A stretch of DNA of 64,000 nucleotides from NCBI GenBank assembly GCA_965223005.1, contig CBDCVK010000010.1:1019656-1083655 (forward strand), read 5' to 3'. The DNA comes from Terriglobia bacterium (GTDB lineage: Bacteria; Acidobacteriota; Terriglobia; JAJPHL01; JAPKYU01). The notes beneath the pieces are model-generated. The model made no database searches and had not been told where the DNA came from. It saw only the letters and a program-made list of their open reading frames with translations. Of this stretch, positions 48,008-59,991 are shown piece after piece. The position numbers were made by a program, and so were the translations under genes. Within the stretch, counting starts at the first letter, position 1. Each line of letters begins with the position of its first letter.

Positions 48008-49513
48008 TCAGATCGGAGTGCAGACCGACTTCACTTCGGTGTACGCCTCGAGCACTTCATGTCCCATCTCGCGCCCCCATCCGGATTGTTTGTATCCGCC
48101 GAAAGGCAGCGCCGCATCAAAGATGTTGTAGCAGTTGATCCAAACGGTGCCCGCACGGAGTTGAGAAGCAATGCGGTTTGCCTTTTGAATATCGCGGGTC
48201 CATATGCCTGCCGCTAATCCGTAGATCGTGTCGTTTGCTTGCGCAATGAGTTCATTTGCGTCACGAAACGGAATGGCAGTTACTACCGGGCCGAAGATTT
48301 CCTCTTGGACTACCTTCATTCTTTCGTTGGTATTCACCAACACTGTCGGCTTTACAAAATATCCCTTCTCGCCGAGCCTGCTGCCTCCAACGACTGCCTT
48401 GGCTCCTTCTGAAAATCCGGATTCCAGGTAACCGCAGACCCGATTCAATTGTTCCTCGGAAACCAGGGGGCCCATATCAGTGGAGGACTCCAAACCAGGG
48501 CCGACATGGATTTTTTGGGCTTGTTCGGCGATGCCTTCCACCACCTTGTCAAATGATCCTTTCTCGATGTACAGCCGGGACCCGGCAGAGCAGCACTGAC
48601 CGTGGTTGAAGAATATTGCGCTCGCCGCGCCAGGAATCGCGGTTTGCATATCAGCATCGTGCAACACAACGTTCGGCGATTTGCCGCCAAGTTCCAGAGA
48701 GACCTTCTTGAGATTTCCGGTGGCCGCTTGAATGATCAGCTTTCCTACCTCGGTGGATCCAGTGAACGCAACTTTATCCACTTTCGGATGAGCGGCTATC
48801 GCTGCGCCAGCCGTTTCTCCGTATCCTGGAACGATATTGACAACTCCGTCAGGGAATCCTGCTTCCTGAATCAGTTCGCCGAGTCGAATAGAGGTGAGAG
48901 GCGTCTGCTCGGCCGGCTTCAAGACCACCGTGCAGCCAGCCGCCAGCGCCGGGCCAAGCTTCCAGGCGGCCATCAAGAGCGGGAAATTCCATGGGATGAT
49001 CTGTCCAACAACCCCCACCGGCTCGCGCAGGGTATATGCGAGGTATTTCACGCCGGGGGTGTAGGGGACAGAAATTGGAATCGTATTTCCTTCGATCTTT
49101 GTCGCCCACCCGGCCATATAGCGAAATAGGTCGACCGCAAGTGGTACGTCGGCGGCGCGGGCAACTTTGAGCGGCTTGCCATTGTCCAGAGACTCGAGTT
49201 GAGCGAACTCTTCCAGATTCTTTTCTAGGAGATCAGCGAGCTTCCAAATGAGACAGCCGCGCTCCGAGGCAGTGAGCCTTGACCACGGCCCGGTGTCAAA
49301 TGCAGCCCGGGCCGAGTTAACTGCGCGATCGATATCCTCTCGGTCTCCCTCGGCAACCTGGGAAAGAACTTCTCCGGTCGCCGGATTATAGGTTGCAAAT
49401 GTCTTTCCCGACGCAGATTGCACCCACTTTCCATTGATGAGCATCTTTTGAGTTGTTGAAACAAAGCGGGTTACCTTGTCATCCAACTTATGGGTTTGCG
49501 TGGCAGTGGCCAT
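48008..49513 (-). CDS. NAD(P)-dependent aldehyde dehydrogenase
   Basis: 501 aa with LELGGKSP, catalytic Cys GQCCSAGSR and EEIFGPV. Confidence 0.9.
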   Translation of the reverse strand: MATATQTHKLDDKVTRFVSTTQKMLINGKWVQSASGKTFATYNPATGEVLSQVAEGDREDIDRAVNSARAAFDTGPWSRLTASERGCLIWKLADLLEKNLEEFAQLESLDNGKPLKVARAADVPLAVDLFRYMAGWATKIEGNTIPISVPYTPGVKYLAYTLREPVGVVGQIIPWNFPLLMAAWKLGPALAAGCTVVLKPAEQTPLTSIRLGELIQEAGFPDGVVNIVPGYGETAGAAIAAHPKVDKVAFTGSTEVGKLIIQAATGNLKKVSLELGGKSPNVVLHDADMQTAIPGAASAIFFNHGQCCSAGSRLYIEKGSFDKVVEGIAEQAQKIHVGPGLESSTDMGPLVSEEQLNRVCGYLESGFSEGAKAVVGGSRLGEKGYFVKPTVLVNTNERMKVVQEEIFGPVVTAIPFRDANELIAQANDTIYGLAAGIWTRDIQKANRIASQLRAGTVWINCYNIFDAALPFGGYKQSGWGREMGHEVLEAYTEVKSVCTPI

Positions 49514-49697
49514 TGCCTTTCCTCCTTTATGTTGAAACGCTCACAGGGGCGCCTCCAGCCAGATAAAGAATGCGTGAACCCTGGCGCGGACCCCATTTAT
49601 TACGCCCCCCAGTCCTGAATTGCAAGGGAAATGGTCAGCCCAGACGGGATACTGAGAACGCCAGAGTGCTCACTCCAAGGGCCTACCTCGGCAGGTT

Positions 49698-50549
49698 CTA
49701 TTTGGGGTGCTTGGTGCGGATGGCCTTGGCGCGGGCTTCCAGCTTGGCCGCCTCACCATCATCGCGCTTCGTCTTGCGTAGCATCTTGGCGTAGTTCTCC
49801 AAGATGGTGGCCACCTTGGGATGCTGCGGTCCTAAGGCGTTCTCAGAAATCGCCAGTGACCGCTTATAAAGCGGCTTAGCCTCTTCGTGCGCGTTGTCGT
49901 TGTAGTAGAGGAACGCCAGGTTGTGGAGGCTCTGACCCACGTCCAGATGCTGCGGCCCAAGGGCCTTCTCTCGGATGGCCAGCGCGCGTCGGTAGAGCCC
50001 CCCGGCCTTGCGGTATAACGTCGCGCGACTGGTCTGATCCCGCGCGCGCCCGCCCATATCGTGATACAGCTCCGCCAGGTTGTCGATGCTCTTGGCCACG
50101 TCTGGATGTTGCTCCCCCAGGGCCTTCTCCCGGATCGCCAACGCTCGTTGGTAAAGCGGCTCGGCTTCTTTGTACTTGTCCTGGGCACGATAGAGCGCCG
50201 CCAGGTTGTTGAGGCTTCGGACCAGGTCCGGATGCTCCTCTCCCAGGGCTTTTCCTTTGATCGCCAACGCACGTAGGTAGTGCGGCTCGGCCTTCGCGTA
50301 CTTTCTCTGCGCTTGGTAGAGCGCCGCCAGGTTGTTCAGGGTTGTGGCCAGGCGGGGGTCTTCCTGGCCGAACTTTTCCGCCTCCTTGAGTGCAGCCACC
50401 CATTGTTTCTCAGCTTTGGCGTACTGACCACTTCGGTAAGCCTTGGCGCCGGCCATGATGTACTTCTGCCATGCGTCGCCTTGGGCCACAGCAAAGGCAG
50501 CCAAACACAAGATTGCCAGCAGCAGCCATGAAATTCTTGTTCTTGTCAT
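49698..50549 (-). CDS. Secreted tetratricopeptide-repeat protein (kinesin-light-chain-type TPRs)
   Basis: Signal peptide, then six or more repeats of ...LNNLAALYRAQ.KY..AEPLY.RALAI.EKALG..HPDV.... Confidence 0.75.
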   Translation of the reverse strand: MTRTRISWLLLAILCLAAFAVAQGDAWQKYIMAGAKAYRSGQYAKAEKQWVAALKEAEKFGQEDPRLATTLNNLAALYQAQRKYAKAEPHYLRALAIKGKALGEEHPDLVRSLNNLAALYRAQDKYKEAEPLYQRALAIREKALGEQHPDVAKSIDNLAELYHDMGGRARDQTSRATLYRKAGGLYRRALAIREKALGPQHLDVGQSLHNLAFLYYNDNAHEEAKPLYKRSLAISENALGPQHPKVATILENYAKMLRKTKRDDGEAAKLEARAKAIRTKHPK

Positions 50550-50773
50550 ACTGGTCTCTAGTCTCCTTAACTGTACGAGGGCCGGTCTTCAGCTCCCCTC
50601 AGACGATGATACAACTATTTGGAAATCCGCGGATAGCCTGTATTTTGGAATCCGGATAGCTTGGCCGAAGCTTCCGTTTCAAACCAGCCCTGCATCCTCC
50701 CTCAACTCACACACAGCCATTTGCAAAGGCCTGACTCCGTGCACTGTTTGACATTAGCCCGGGGGCAAGGATA

Positions 50774-51175
50774 TTGTGCTCGGGCTCGCCGCTGGCTGGG
50801 CGGCTGGAACAGGCTGTGGAAGCGGAACTGGAGCGTCGTGGGGAATGCTTGGTCTTTCGCGTCAAAGGAGACATGCGCCTATGGAGCCGTCCCGAGCAGG
50901 CAGAGAGCCTGCTGGAGAAGTTTCGCTCGGGGCTGGGCAATCCTCCGGCACAACTGGTGCTGAGCCTGGGCGGTGTGACTCAAGTAGACACGCGGGGGAT
51001 CATGGCGCTGGCTTCGGTGCTGGAGGAATGTTCCAAGCGGAAGATTGAACTGAAAATCGTGATGCCCTCCGGGGTGGCCGCCGAGCCGATGCGCTACGTG
51101 CGCATCTTCGCGCCATGGCCTTCATTTCCCAACGAAACGGCAGCCTTGCAGGCAGTGGGCGCACCGCCCCCGTGA
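50774..51175 (+). CDS. STAS-domain protein (anti-sigma-factor-antagonist-like); start uncertain
   Basis: LVLSLGGVTQVDTRGIMALASVLEECSKRKIELKIVMPSG fits the SpoIIAA-like fold. Confidence 0.4.
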   Translation: MCSGSPLAGRLEQAVEAELERRGECLVFRVKGDMRLWSRPEQAESLLEKFRSGLGNPPAQLVLSLGGVTQVDTRGIMALASVLEECSKRKIELKIVMPSGVAAEPMRYVRIFAPWPSFPNETAALQAVGAPPP

Positions 51176-51199
51176 GCGTGGCGGGCCTGCTGGAATAGC

Positions 51200-51367
51200 T
51201 CAACACTCCGCGCTGGCCTCGGTTTGATCAAACTGGCGGAAGCTGCACTTGGGGCAGGGCGGCAGCAGTTGTCCCTTCTTCAAGCTTAAGACGTTGCCGC
51301 ACTCGCCGCACTTGTAATTGGCGTCTGCCGGCGTCGTTTGAAAACTGGAAAGTCGTTCGGTTTCCAT
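51200..51367 (-). CDS. Small zinc-ribbon protein (55 aa from the internal Met)
   Basis: METERLSSFQTTPADANYKCGECGNVLSLKKGQLLPPCPKCSFRQFDQTEASAEC has two CxxC pairs. Confidence 0.4.
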   Translation of the reverse strand: METERLSSFQTTPADANYKCGECGNVLSLKKGQLLPPCPKCSFRQFDQTEASAEC

Positions 51368-51586
51368 CGAGACTCCTTGTGCTTCGGGGATTCCACCTCG
51401 GTCTGCGCTCCCGGACAGGCTCCCCGGCCAACGCCCCCAAAGGCGCGAACAGTCCAAAGGCGCGAAAAGTAAAGATACACTTGACCGGTTTGCCTTGTAT
51501 TAGGTTAAAGTATTCGGTTCCAAGGTTGCCAGGTTGGATGGAACTCAAGGCCTGATGTTTCCCGACTCGAGCGAGGATATCTTACC

Positions 51587-52375
51587 ATGGCGCTAGCGTT
51601 GGCCCTAGTGTTGGCCCTGATCACCATTTCCAGCATGCTTGTGTTCGCCGGGCAGTACTGGTGGTTTCCCGTGCTGGCCTCCGAACACGGGGGCGCCATT
51701 GACCAGCAGATCGTCTGGACGTTCGTGCTTTGCGGCGTCATTTTCTTCGCGGCACAAATCGGGCTGGGATGGGTGATCTTCCGCTACCGCGCGCGGGGCC
51801 AGCAGACCCAATACTCGCACGGCAGCAACCGGATGGAAGTGGCCTGGACGATAGCCACCGCCATCATGTTCATCGGGATCAATCTGCTGGGGCAGAAGGT
51901 TTGGGCCGAGCGCTACTTCGCCAGTGCGCCGCGCGGGGCTATGCAGATTGAGGTGGTGGGCCAGCAGTTTGTCTGGAACATTCGCTACCCGGGCCCGGAC
52001 GGCAAGTTCGGCCGCACCGACATCCACCTGGTGAACGATGCGGCCGGCAACCCCTTGGGCCTGGATGACACGGATGCCGCTGCCGGCGATGACATTGTGG
52101 TGCCGACTATGGCGGTGCCCATCAACCGCCCGGTGGAGCTGATCCTGCGCTCCAAAGACGTGACCCACAGCTTCTTTGTGCGCGAGTTGCGGCTCAAGCA
52201 AGACACCGTGCCGGGCATGGTGATCCGCGCGCATTTCACTGCCACCCGGGTCGGCCAATACGAGATCGTCTGCGCCGAGCTCTGCGGCCTGGGGCACTAC
52301 AAGATGCGCAGTTTCCTGGATGTGCTTTCGGAGCAAGACTATGAGAAGTGGTTGGAAGAACGAGCAGTTGAGTAA
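51587..52375 (+). CDS. coxB: Cytochrome c oxidase subunit II (aa3-type; no fused cytochrome c)
   Basis: Two N-terminal TM helices and the CuA site H...CAELCG.GH.M. Confidence 0.85.
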   Translation: MALALALVLALITISSMLVFAGQYWWFPVLASEHGGAIDQQIVWTFVLCGVIFFAAQIGLGWVIFRYRARGQQTQYSHGSNRMEVAWTIATAIMFIGINLLGQKVWAERYFASAPRGAMQIEVVGQQFVWNIRYPGPDGKFGRTDIHLVNDAAGNPLGLDDTDAAAGDDIVVPTMAVPINRPVELILRSKDVTHSFFVRELRLKQDTVPGMVIRAHFTATRVGQYEIVCAELCGLGHYKMRSFLDVLSEQDYEKWLEERAVE

Positions 52376-52412
52376 CGGCCGGAGGGGCCGGCGGGGCTAA
52401 GGAGGACCAGCG

Positions 52413-54157
<1,745 letters not shown>

Positions 54158-54158
<1 letters not shown>

Positions 54159-54802
54159 TGCCGGTTGCTTCTGAAACTGTGGAGAAAGTTCCGGGCGTCG
54201 GGGGACGTGGCCCGCGCGACGGCGGCTTCGGTGATGAAGGAGGCCGTGCCGGTCCCCAACCCAACCGGCGCGTCTACCGCACGGGTATCTGGATTGCCCT
54301 GGCGCCCATCATGATGATGTTTGTCGCCTTTTCCAGCGCCTACATCGTGCGCCGCGGCCTCGGCAGGGACTGGCAACCTCTGGAGCTGCCTGCCATCCTG
54401 TGGCTGAATACGGCGCTGCTGGCAGCCAGCAGCCTGGCCCTGGAGCGCGCTCGCGATTGCTTGAACCGCGGGCTGCGAGACGGGTTTAGCCGCTGGTGGT
54501 CGGCGACCACAGCCCTAGGCGTGGCGTTCCTGCTCGGCCAACTGGGTGCATGGTGGCAACTGACGGATCGTGGCGTCTATCTGGCCAGTAATCCCAGCAG
54601 CTCGTTCTTTTACTTGTTGACGGCCACTCACGGCCTGCACCTACTGGGCGGGGAAGTGGCGCTGTTGTATGTGGCCTTCCAGGCGGCGCGCTCGGGAGTG
54701 GGTCCGGCCCCGCGCACCGCGGTGGACGTGAGCGCCGTCTACTGGCATTTCCTGGGCGGCTTGTGGGTCTTCATCTTTTTGCTGCTTCTGGTTTGGAGGT
54801 AG
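54158..54802 (+). CDS. Heme-copper oxidase subunit III-family protein (first of two)
   Basis: 214 aa multi-TM. TGATG overlap with coxA. Subunit-III-like helices (YWHFLGGLWVFIF). Confidence 0.65.
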
Positions 54803-54808
54803 GGAAAA

Positions 54809-55432
54809 TTGTCTGACGCAATAGCACAAGCTCGGGCGGAGATTTGGGGCGGCGGAGTACGCCCCTATGCCGTGCCCTCCAAGAAGCTGGGCATGTGGCT
54901 GTTCATCATCTCTGACTCACTCACCTTCTCCGCGTTATTGGTTACCTACAGCTACGTGCGCCTGGCCAGCGTTGACTGGCCCACCCCGTTTCATGGCTCC
55001 AGTATCGCGCTGGCCAGTGTCATGACCTTTTGCCTGCTGTCCAGCAGCTTGACCATGGTGATGGCGGTTGCCGCTGCCCATCAGGACCGTCGCAAGCAGG
55101 CCGCGCGGTGGCTTTTCGCCACCATCGCGGGCGGCCTGGCGTTTATTGTTCTGCACGTGAATGAGTGGCTCGGTCTGATCCATGAGGGGATGACCCCGTT
55201 CAGCAACCCGTGGGGTACGCCCTTATTCGGAGCCACCTTCTTTGCCCTGACCGGCCTGCACATGACCCACGTCGCCATCGGTGTGATTTACCTGACGATC
55301 GTGGCCCTGGGGTTCCGCGCCGGTCGCTGGAGTGGAACGGACGTGGAGGTCAGCGGGCTGTACTGGCATTTTGTGGATTTGGTCTGGATGTTCATTTTCC
55401 CGCTCGTCTACTTGATGTCGACCAAGATCTAG
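54809..55432 (+). CDS. coxC: Cytochrome c oxidase subunit III
   Basis: 207 aa with LTGLHMTHV...GLYWHFVDLVWMFIFPLVYL. Confidence 0.75.
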   Translation: MSDAIAQARAEIWGGGVRPYAVPSKKLGMWLFIISDSLTFSALLVTYSYVRLASVDWPTPFHGSSIALASVMTFCLLSSSLTMVMAVAAAHQDRRKQAARWLFATIAGGLAFIVLHVNEWLGLIHEGMTPFSNPWGTPLFGATFFALTGLHMTHVAIGVIYLTIVALGFRAGRWSGTDVEVSGLYWHFVDLVWMFIFPLVYLMSTKI

Positions 55433-55451
55433 CGGGCAGGGAAGGAGGAAT

Positions 55452-55763
55452 ATGAGCGCGCATAGCGAGGAGCACGCTGGAGCCGGGAACAAGCTGTATT
55501 TGTTCGTCTGGGGCTGGCTACTCGGCCTCACCGCGGTGGAGATATTCCTCGCCTACCTGCAGATGCCGCCGGTACCGATGCTCACCCTGCTGATGGGCCT
55601 CTCCATCGTCAAGGCTGCCCTGATCATGGCCTACTTCATGCACCTGCGCTTCGAGCGGCTGCGGTTGGTGCTGACGTTGGTGCCCGCGCTGGTGATCACC
55701 ATCTGCCTGCTGTTCGTGTTTTACCCCGATAGCCTCCGCATCCTGGAGTTGGGCCAGCCGTGA
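55452..55763 (+). CDS. Cytochrome c oxidase subunit IV (prokaryotic CoxD-type)
   Basis: 103 aa, three TM; LFVWGWLLGLTAVEIFLAY resembles bacterial subunit IV. Confidence 0.55.
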   Translation: MSAHSEEHAGAGNKLYLFVWGWLLGLTAVEIFLAYLQMPPVPMLTLLMGLSIVKAALIMAYFMHLRFERLRLVLTLVPALVITICLLFVFYPDSLRILELGQP

Positions 55764-56053
55764 CCTTTCCTCGTGCCCTCGCGCTCGCTGTCCTGCTTCT
55801 GGCGGTCACTGCTGCCCCGGCCGCCGCGCAGTGCGCCATGTGCTACAGCACGGCCGCGGCCCAGGACTCGGAGGCTATAAAGGCACTGAACCTGGGTATC
55901 CTGGTCTTGCTGATTCCTCCTGTGGCCATCATGGTCGGCATCCTCTTGCTCGCCTTCCGCTACCGCAACTCCGATCACACGAAAGCGGAACAGACTCGCT
56001 CTCCTCAGCCCTCGCGGAAATCGTTTCAGGTGGTCTCCTCACCCACCGTCTAA
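55760..56053 (+). CDS. Small exported/membrane protein ending the cox operon
   Basis: Signal peptide plus CAMCY, then a TM helix. 4-nt overlap with the upstream gene. Confidence 0.35.
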   Translation: MTFPRALALAVLLLAVTAAPAAAQCAMCYSTAAAQDSEAIKALNLGILVLLIPPVAIMVGILLLAFRYRNSDHTKAEQTRSPQPSRKSFQVVSSPTV

Positions 56054-56102
56054 TCGCGCGTCATTGCGGCACGGTTCCCTCAGTGCTCGAAGGTAGGAGA
56101 AC

Positions 56103-56840
56103 ATGCTGCTGAACTTGGAGACAGATGCATTGCTCGTCGTAGACGTGCAGCCTACTTTCATGCCCGGTGGCGGCTTGCCTGTGGCGGAGGGCGATCAGGT
56201 CGTGCCAGTGGTGCGGAAACTGATGCAGCGCTTCCCGACGGCGAGCCGCTTCGCCACCAAGGAACAGCACCCTCGGGGGCATATTTCTCTGGCCAGCTCC
56301 TATGTCGGCTCTGCCCCAATGGCGCTGCTGACGGGGGCCACGGTCGCCACCTGGACCGACGCTCGGCATTGCCTTGCCCCGAACGCCCAGTTCACGCTCG
56401 CCGATTTGAAACAATACCTCAGCCAGGTGCAGGTGCAGATGCTTTGGCCCGATCATGCCCTTGCCGGCACGGCGGAAGCGGAACTGCACCCGGCGCTTTC
56501 GGAATCGGAATTCGCCTTTGTCCAGGTGAAGGGTATGGACCCGAAGTGCGACTCCTACAGCGGCTTTTTCGACAACCTCCGGCGTCCCAAGAGCCTGGCC
56601 GACCAGCTCCGGCAGAGCGGCATCCGACGTTGCTTCTTCGTGGGGTTGGCGTTCGACTACTGCGTGGGCTGGTCGGCTGAAGGGGCGGTATCCGAGGGCT
56701 TTGAAGCGGTGGTCGTTGAGGATGCGACGCGAGCGGTCAGGTTTCCCACCGGAAGCGTCGACAAGATGCGCGCCTCCTTCCGCGAGAAAAACATTGCCGT
56801 GGTGCGCTCGGCCGACCTCAAGATGTCCACCGTGGGCTAA
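56103..56840 (+). CDS. Isochorismatase-family cysteine hydrolase (nicotinamidase-like)
   Basis: ALLVVDVQPTF ... catalytic Cys in FFVGLAFDYCV. Confidence 0.65.
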   Translation: MLLNLETDALLVVDVQPTFMPGGGLPVAEGDQVVPVVRKLMQRFPTASRFATKEQHPRGHISLASSYVGSAPMALLTGATVATWTDARHCLAPNAQFTLADLKQYLSQVQVQMLWPDHALAGTAEAELHPALSESEFAFVQVKGMDPKCDSYSGFFDNLRRPKSLADQLRQSGIRRCFFVGLAFDYCVGWSAEGAVSEGFEAVVVEDATRAVRFPTGSVDKMRASFREKNIAVVRSADLKMSTVG

Positions 56841-56864
56841 CTTTACCTTTGCCCGGAGGGCGCG

Positions 56865-59018
56865 ATGAAGGCAAGAAGAGTCTTTCTATTTTTCAGTTTA
56901 CTTCTCGTCAATAGCGAAGCAGGAATTTCCGGTCAAGCTGGTTCAGGCCCACACCTGGGACAGTCTATCTCCGTAGATGTCGCGAAGAATCTGGACCGGT
57001 TGATCGCCGAAGAGGACACAGATGGCGACAAGAAAATTACAGTTGAAGATACTTATGTAAAAGAAGAGGAACGTGGAGATAAGCGTTTTTGGCTCTTGTC
57101 GACAACCGAGAAATGCTACGAAGTGATCGGAACATATTATTTGTCCAACTTGCTCCAGGAACTGAAGCTGGCCCAGGAGGCTGGATCTCAGCACGCACAA
57201 ATTGAGTTTCAGAAACTCTTTGAGAGTCCTGTCCGGCGAGTTTCCCGCTCCATTCGTGAACTTTACTGGGATGGCCTGACGAGGCGCGTCGATGAGAAGA
57301 ACCTTGAGCAGGCCTTAAGGGACGAGAAAGTTACAGGTAGCGGGTTGCACTACCTATATGTGCCTGCTGGGGATCCGGAGGCCTATGAGTACTTTTCGAA
57401 GGTGGCCGAGCAGCAACCAGACCGTCGGCTGCGGGTGGAGCGCCTGCCGAGGCGGATCACACCACAATACGTCAGACAAAATCTTGAAGGCAGACATGGG
57501 CTTTTGTGCCTGGCGCTGGAAAGGACATCAAAAGGTGAGCACCGCGGAGTTCCGTTTGTGGTGCCGGGAGGGCGTTTTAATGAAATGTACGGCTGGGATA
57601 GCTACTTTGAAGCGCTAGGTTTGCTGGAAGATGGCCGCGTCGATCTAGCGAAAGCCATGGTGGACAATTTCGTTTACCAGATTACTCATTATGGCAAGAT
57701 CCTGAATGCCAACCGCACCTATTACCTCACGCGTTCCCAGCCTCCTTTTCTTACCTCGATGGCGTTAGCGGTCTACGATCGCCTGCCAAAGAGGACCGAA
57801 ACCAAGACCTGGCTCAAGAACGTTCTTCGAGCGGCAATCAAGGACTACTACACGGTGTGGATGAGCAAACCACGATTAACCGAGACTGGGCTCAGCCGTT
57901 ACTACGGGAGTGGCCTCGGACCACCTCCGGAAGTCGAAGAGGACCACTTTGATGCGATCTACAAACCACATGCAGATCAACGCAAGTTGGACGTGCGAGC
58001 ATTCGAGAAGAAGTATAACGCCGGTGAAATCAGAGTCCCGGAACTGGACGAGTTCTTTGTTCACGACCGATGCGTCAGGGAATCGGGACACGACACAACC
58101 TACCGCTGGAGTTGGGACGGAGATCGCTGTGCTGATTTTGTCACAATCGACCTCAATTCGCTCCTCTATAAGATTGAGGTAGATATAGCAAACACGATAG
58201 AAAAGGAGTTCGGTGGGACGCTGAGGCGAGCCGACGGTTCTGTCGAGACCAGTTCGATTTGGGGTAGACGAGCAGCAAAACGTAAGGTTCTCATCAACAA
58301 GTACCTCTGGAATAATGAGCGAGGCATGTTTTTCGACTATGACTTCAGAAATAAGAAAAAGCAGCATCTCTTTGTGAACGCCACCACGTTGTATCCTCTC
58401 TGGGCCGGCTTGGCATCTCCGGACCAGGCGAAAAAGGTTGTGGAAAACGCCTTGCCGATGCTGGAACAGGCGGGGGGCATCGTAGGTTCAACCAAGGAAT
58501 CGCGCGGTCCACTCTCGGAGTCTCGACCGGCGCGCCAATGGGACTATCCCAACGGATGGGCACCACATCAGATGTTGGCCTGGCGTGCGTTGTTAAATTA
58601 CGGCTTTAATCAAACTGCGCAACGTGTAATTTACCGCTGGTTATACACAATTACCAGAAATGCGGCAGATTATAACGGGACAGTTCCAGAGAAACTGGAT
58701 GTGATCACAAGATCGCATAAGGTCTTTGCGGAGTATGGCAACGTGGGAGTGGAGTTTGCCTATATTACGAAGGAAGGCTTCGGCTGGATGAACGCATCCT
58801 ACCAAGTGGGACTTAGACTTCTCTCGGCGGATCTACGGATGCATCTGGAGCGGCTTGTTCCTCCTGAGTGGCTCTTGCCTTTCTTCAATATTCCCACAAG
58901 CTCTCAGGGCATCTCCCACCCGGCATATCCCCACCACCGTTTGCCGGGCAGCTTTTTCGGAATAAGTGGCTTTAGAAACTCAATCGACTTTTCAAGTCCC
59001 TCTTTGACATCAAAATAA
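56865..59018 (+). CDS. treA: Alpha,alpha-trehalase (GH37) with a signal peptide and a neutral-trehalase-type Ca-binding motif
   Basis: GH37 signatures PGGRFNEMYGWDSYF and QPPFLTSM. DTDGDKKITVED matches the DTD.D.QIT.ED motif of fungal neutral trehalases. The gene is markedly AT-richer than its surroundings. Confidence 0.85.
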   Translation: MKARRVFLFFSLLLVNSEAGISGQAGSGPHLGQSISVDVAKNLDRLIAEEDTDGDKKITVEDTYVKEEERGDKRFWLLSTTEKCYEVIGTYYLSNLLQELKLAQEAGSQHAQIEFQKLFESPVRRVSRSIRELYWDGLTRRVDEKNLEQALRDEKVTGSGLHYLYVPAGDPEAYEYFSKVAEQQPDRRLRVERLPRRITPQYVRQNLEGRHGLLCLALERTSKGEHRGVPFVVPGGRFNEMYGWDSYFEALGLLEDGRVDLAKAMVDNFVYQITHYGKILNANRTYYLTRSQPPFLTSMALAVYDRLPKRTETKTWLKNVLRAAIKDYYTVWMSKPRLTETGLSRYYGSGLGPPPEVEEDHFDAIYKPHADQRKLDVRAFEKKYNAGEIRVPELDEFFVHDRCVRESGHDTTYRWSWDGDRCADFVTIDLNSLLYKIEVDIANTIEKEFGGTLRRADGSVETSSIWGRRAAKRKVLINKYLWNNERGMFFDYDFRNKKKQHLFVNATTLYPLWAGLASPDQAKKVVENALPMLEQAGGIVGSTKESRGPLSESRPARQWDYPNGWAPHQMLAWRALLNYGFNQTAQRVIYRWLYTITRNAADYNGTVPEKLDVITRSHKVFAEYGNVGVEFAYITKEGFGWMNASYQVGLRLLSADLRMHLERLVPPEWLLPFFNIPTSSQGISHPAYPHHRLPGSFFGISGFRNSIDFSSPSLTSK

Positions 59019-59887
59019 TCGCACTCCATCTCGATCGAGAGGGCCCCTTCGTAGCCGACGAACTGCAAAGCCGATAGGAAGTCGCGCCAGAACAGCTGGT
59101 CGTGGCCCCACCCGACCAGCGCGAACACCCAGGAACGCCCACCAGGTGTCATATGGGACGCGGGGTCAAGGAGGCCTTGTACTGCCATTCGGCCACGATC
59201 AAAGCGAATATCTTTGACGTGAACGTGAAGGATTGCATCGGACAAGAACTTGACCACCTCGATCAAGTCCATGCCCTGCACAAACAGGTGCGACGGATCC
59301 AAGTTGCAACCGATCACCGGTCCAACCGCCTCGCGCAGCCTCATCAGCGTCTGCGGGGAGTAGACGAGATCACAGAGCTGGGGCTCGACCGCCACCTTGC
59401 AGCCGTGGTCCTCAGCAATCTTTCCGTGTTCACGCCAATAGGGGATCAGGCGCTGTTCCCACTGCCAACGCGTAATGTCGTGGCTGAAGGTCTTGGTAGA
59501 GTCGGCGACCCAATAAGGGGTCGTCTCCCCGGGACCAGCCTCTGGAAGACCGGACAATACCACCAACCGGTCGACACCAGCCGCTTCCGCCAGTCGGCAA
59601 ATCTCACGGAACCCCCGGGAGTACGCCTCCGCCACCTTCTTGTTGGGCGACAAGGGCTCACCATGCGCACAGAACGCGCTTATTTCCAGCCCGTGCTGTT
59701 TGAGCTTATCCAGCCATCGGTTCAGCTCGCCTTTGTCCTTGAGAAGCTTTTCGGTGTCGCAAAACTTGCGTGCGGGCTCTTCCAAAACCCCAACCTCAAT
59801 CGTCTGCACGCCACGCTTCTGGAGGAAATCCAGCGCCTCCTCGAACTCAAAGCACAAAAGAAAAAAGGTATTGACGCCAAGTTTCAT
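58904..59887 (-). CDS. Sugar-phosphate isomerase/epimerase (xylose-isomerase-like TIM barrel)
   Basis: From the internal Met MKLGVNTFFLL... The 3' end overlaps the convergent trehalase ORF by ~115 nt. Confidence 0.6.
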   Translation of the reverse strand: MKLGVNTFFLLCFEFEEALDFLQKRGVQTIEVGVLEEPARKFCDTEKLLKDKGELNRWLDKLKQHGLEISAFCAHGEPLSPNKKVAEAYSRGFREICRLAEAAGVDRLVVLSGLPEAGPGETTPYWVADSTKTFSHDITRWQWEQRLIPYWREHGKIAEDHGCKVAVEPQLCDLVYSPQTLMRLREAVGPVIGCNLDPSHLFVQGMDLIEVVKFLSDAILHVHVKDIRFDRGRMAVQGLLDPASHMTPGGRSWVFALVGWGHDQLFWRDFLSALQFVGYEGALSIEMECDYFDVKEGLEKSIEFLKPLIPKKLPGKRWWGYAGWEMP

Positions 59888-59911
59888 ACGAACTTCCCTC
59901 CGAAAGGGTCG

Positions 59912-59960
59912 CCAGGCTGATGGGCCGGGTTGATGGCCAGGTTGATGGCCAGGTTGATGG
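59912..59960. repeat. 12-nt tandem repeat ccaggttgatgg (~4 copies) upstream of, or in the N-terminus of, the TIM-barrel isomerase
   Basis: Encodes HQPGHQPGHQPG in the extended minus-strand ORF. Confidence 0.75.
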
Positions 59961-59991
59961 GTGGTGGCACCCTTTGCCGCTTCTTCATTTC

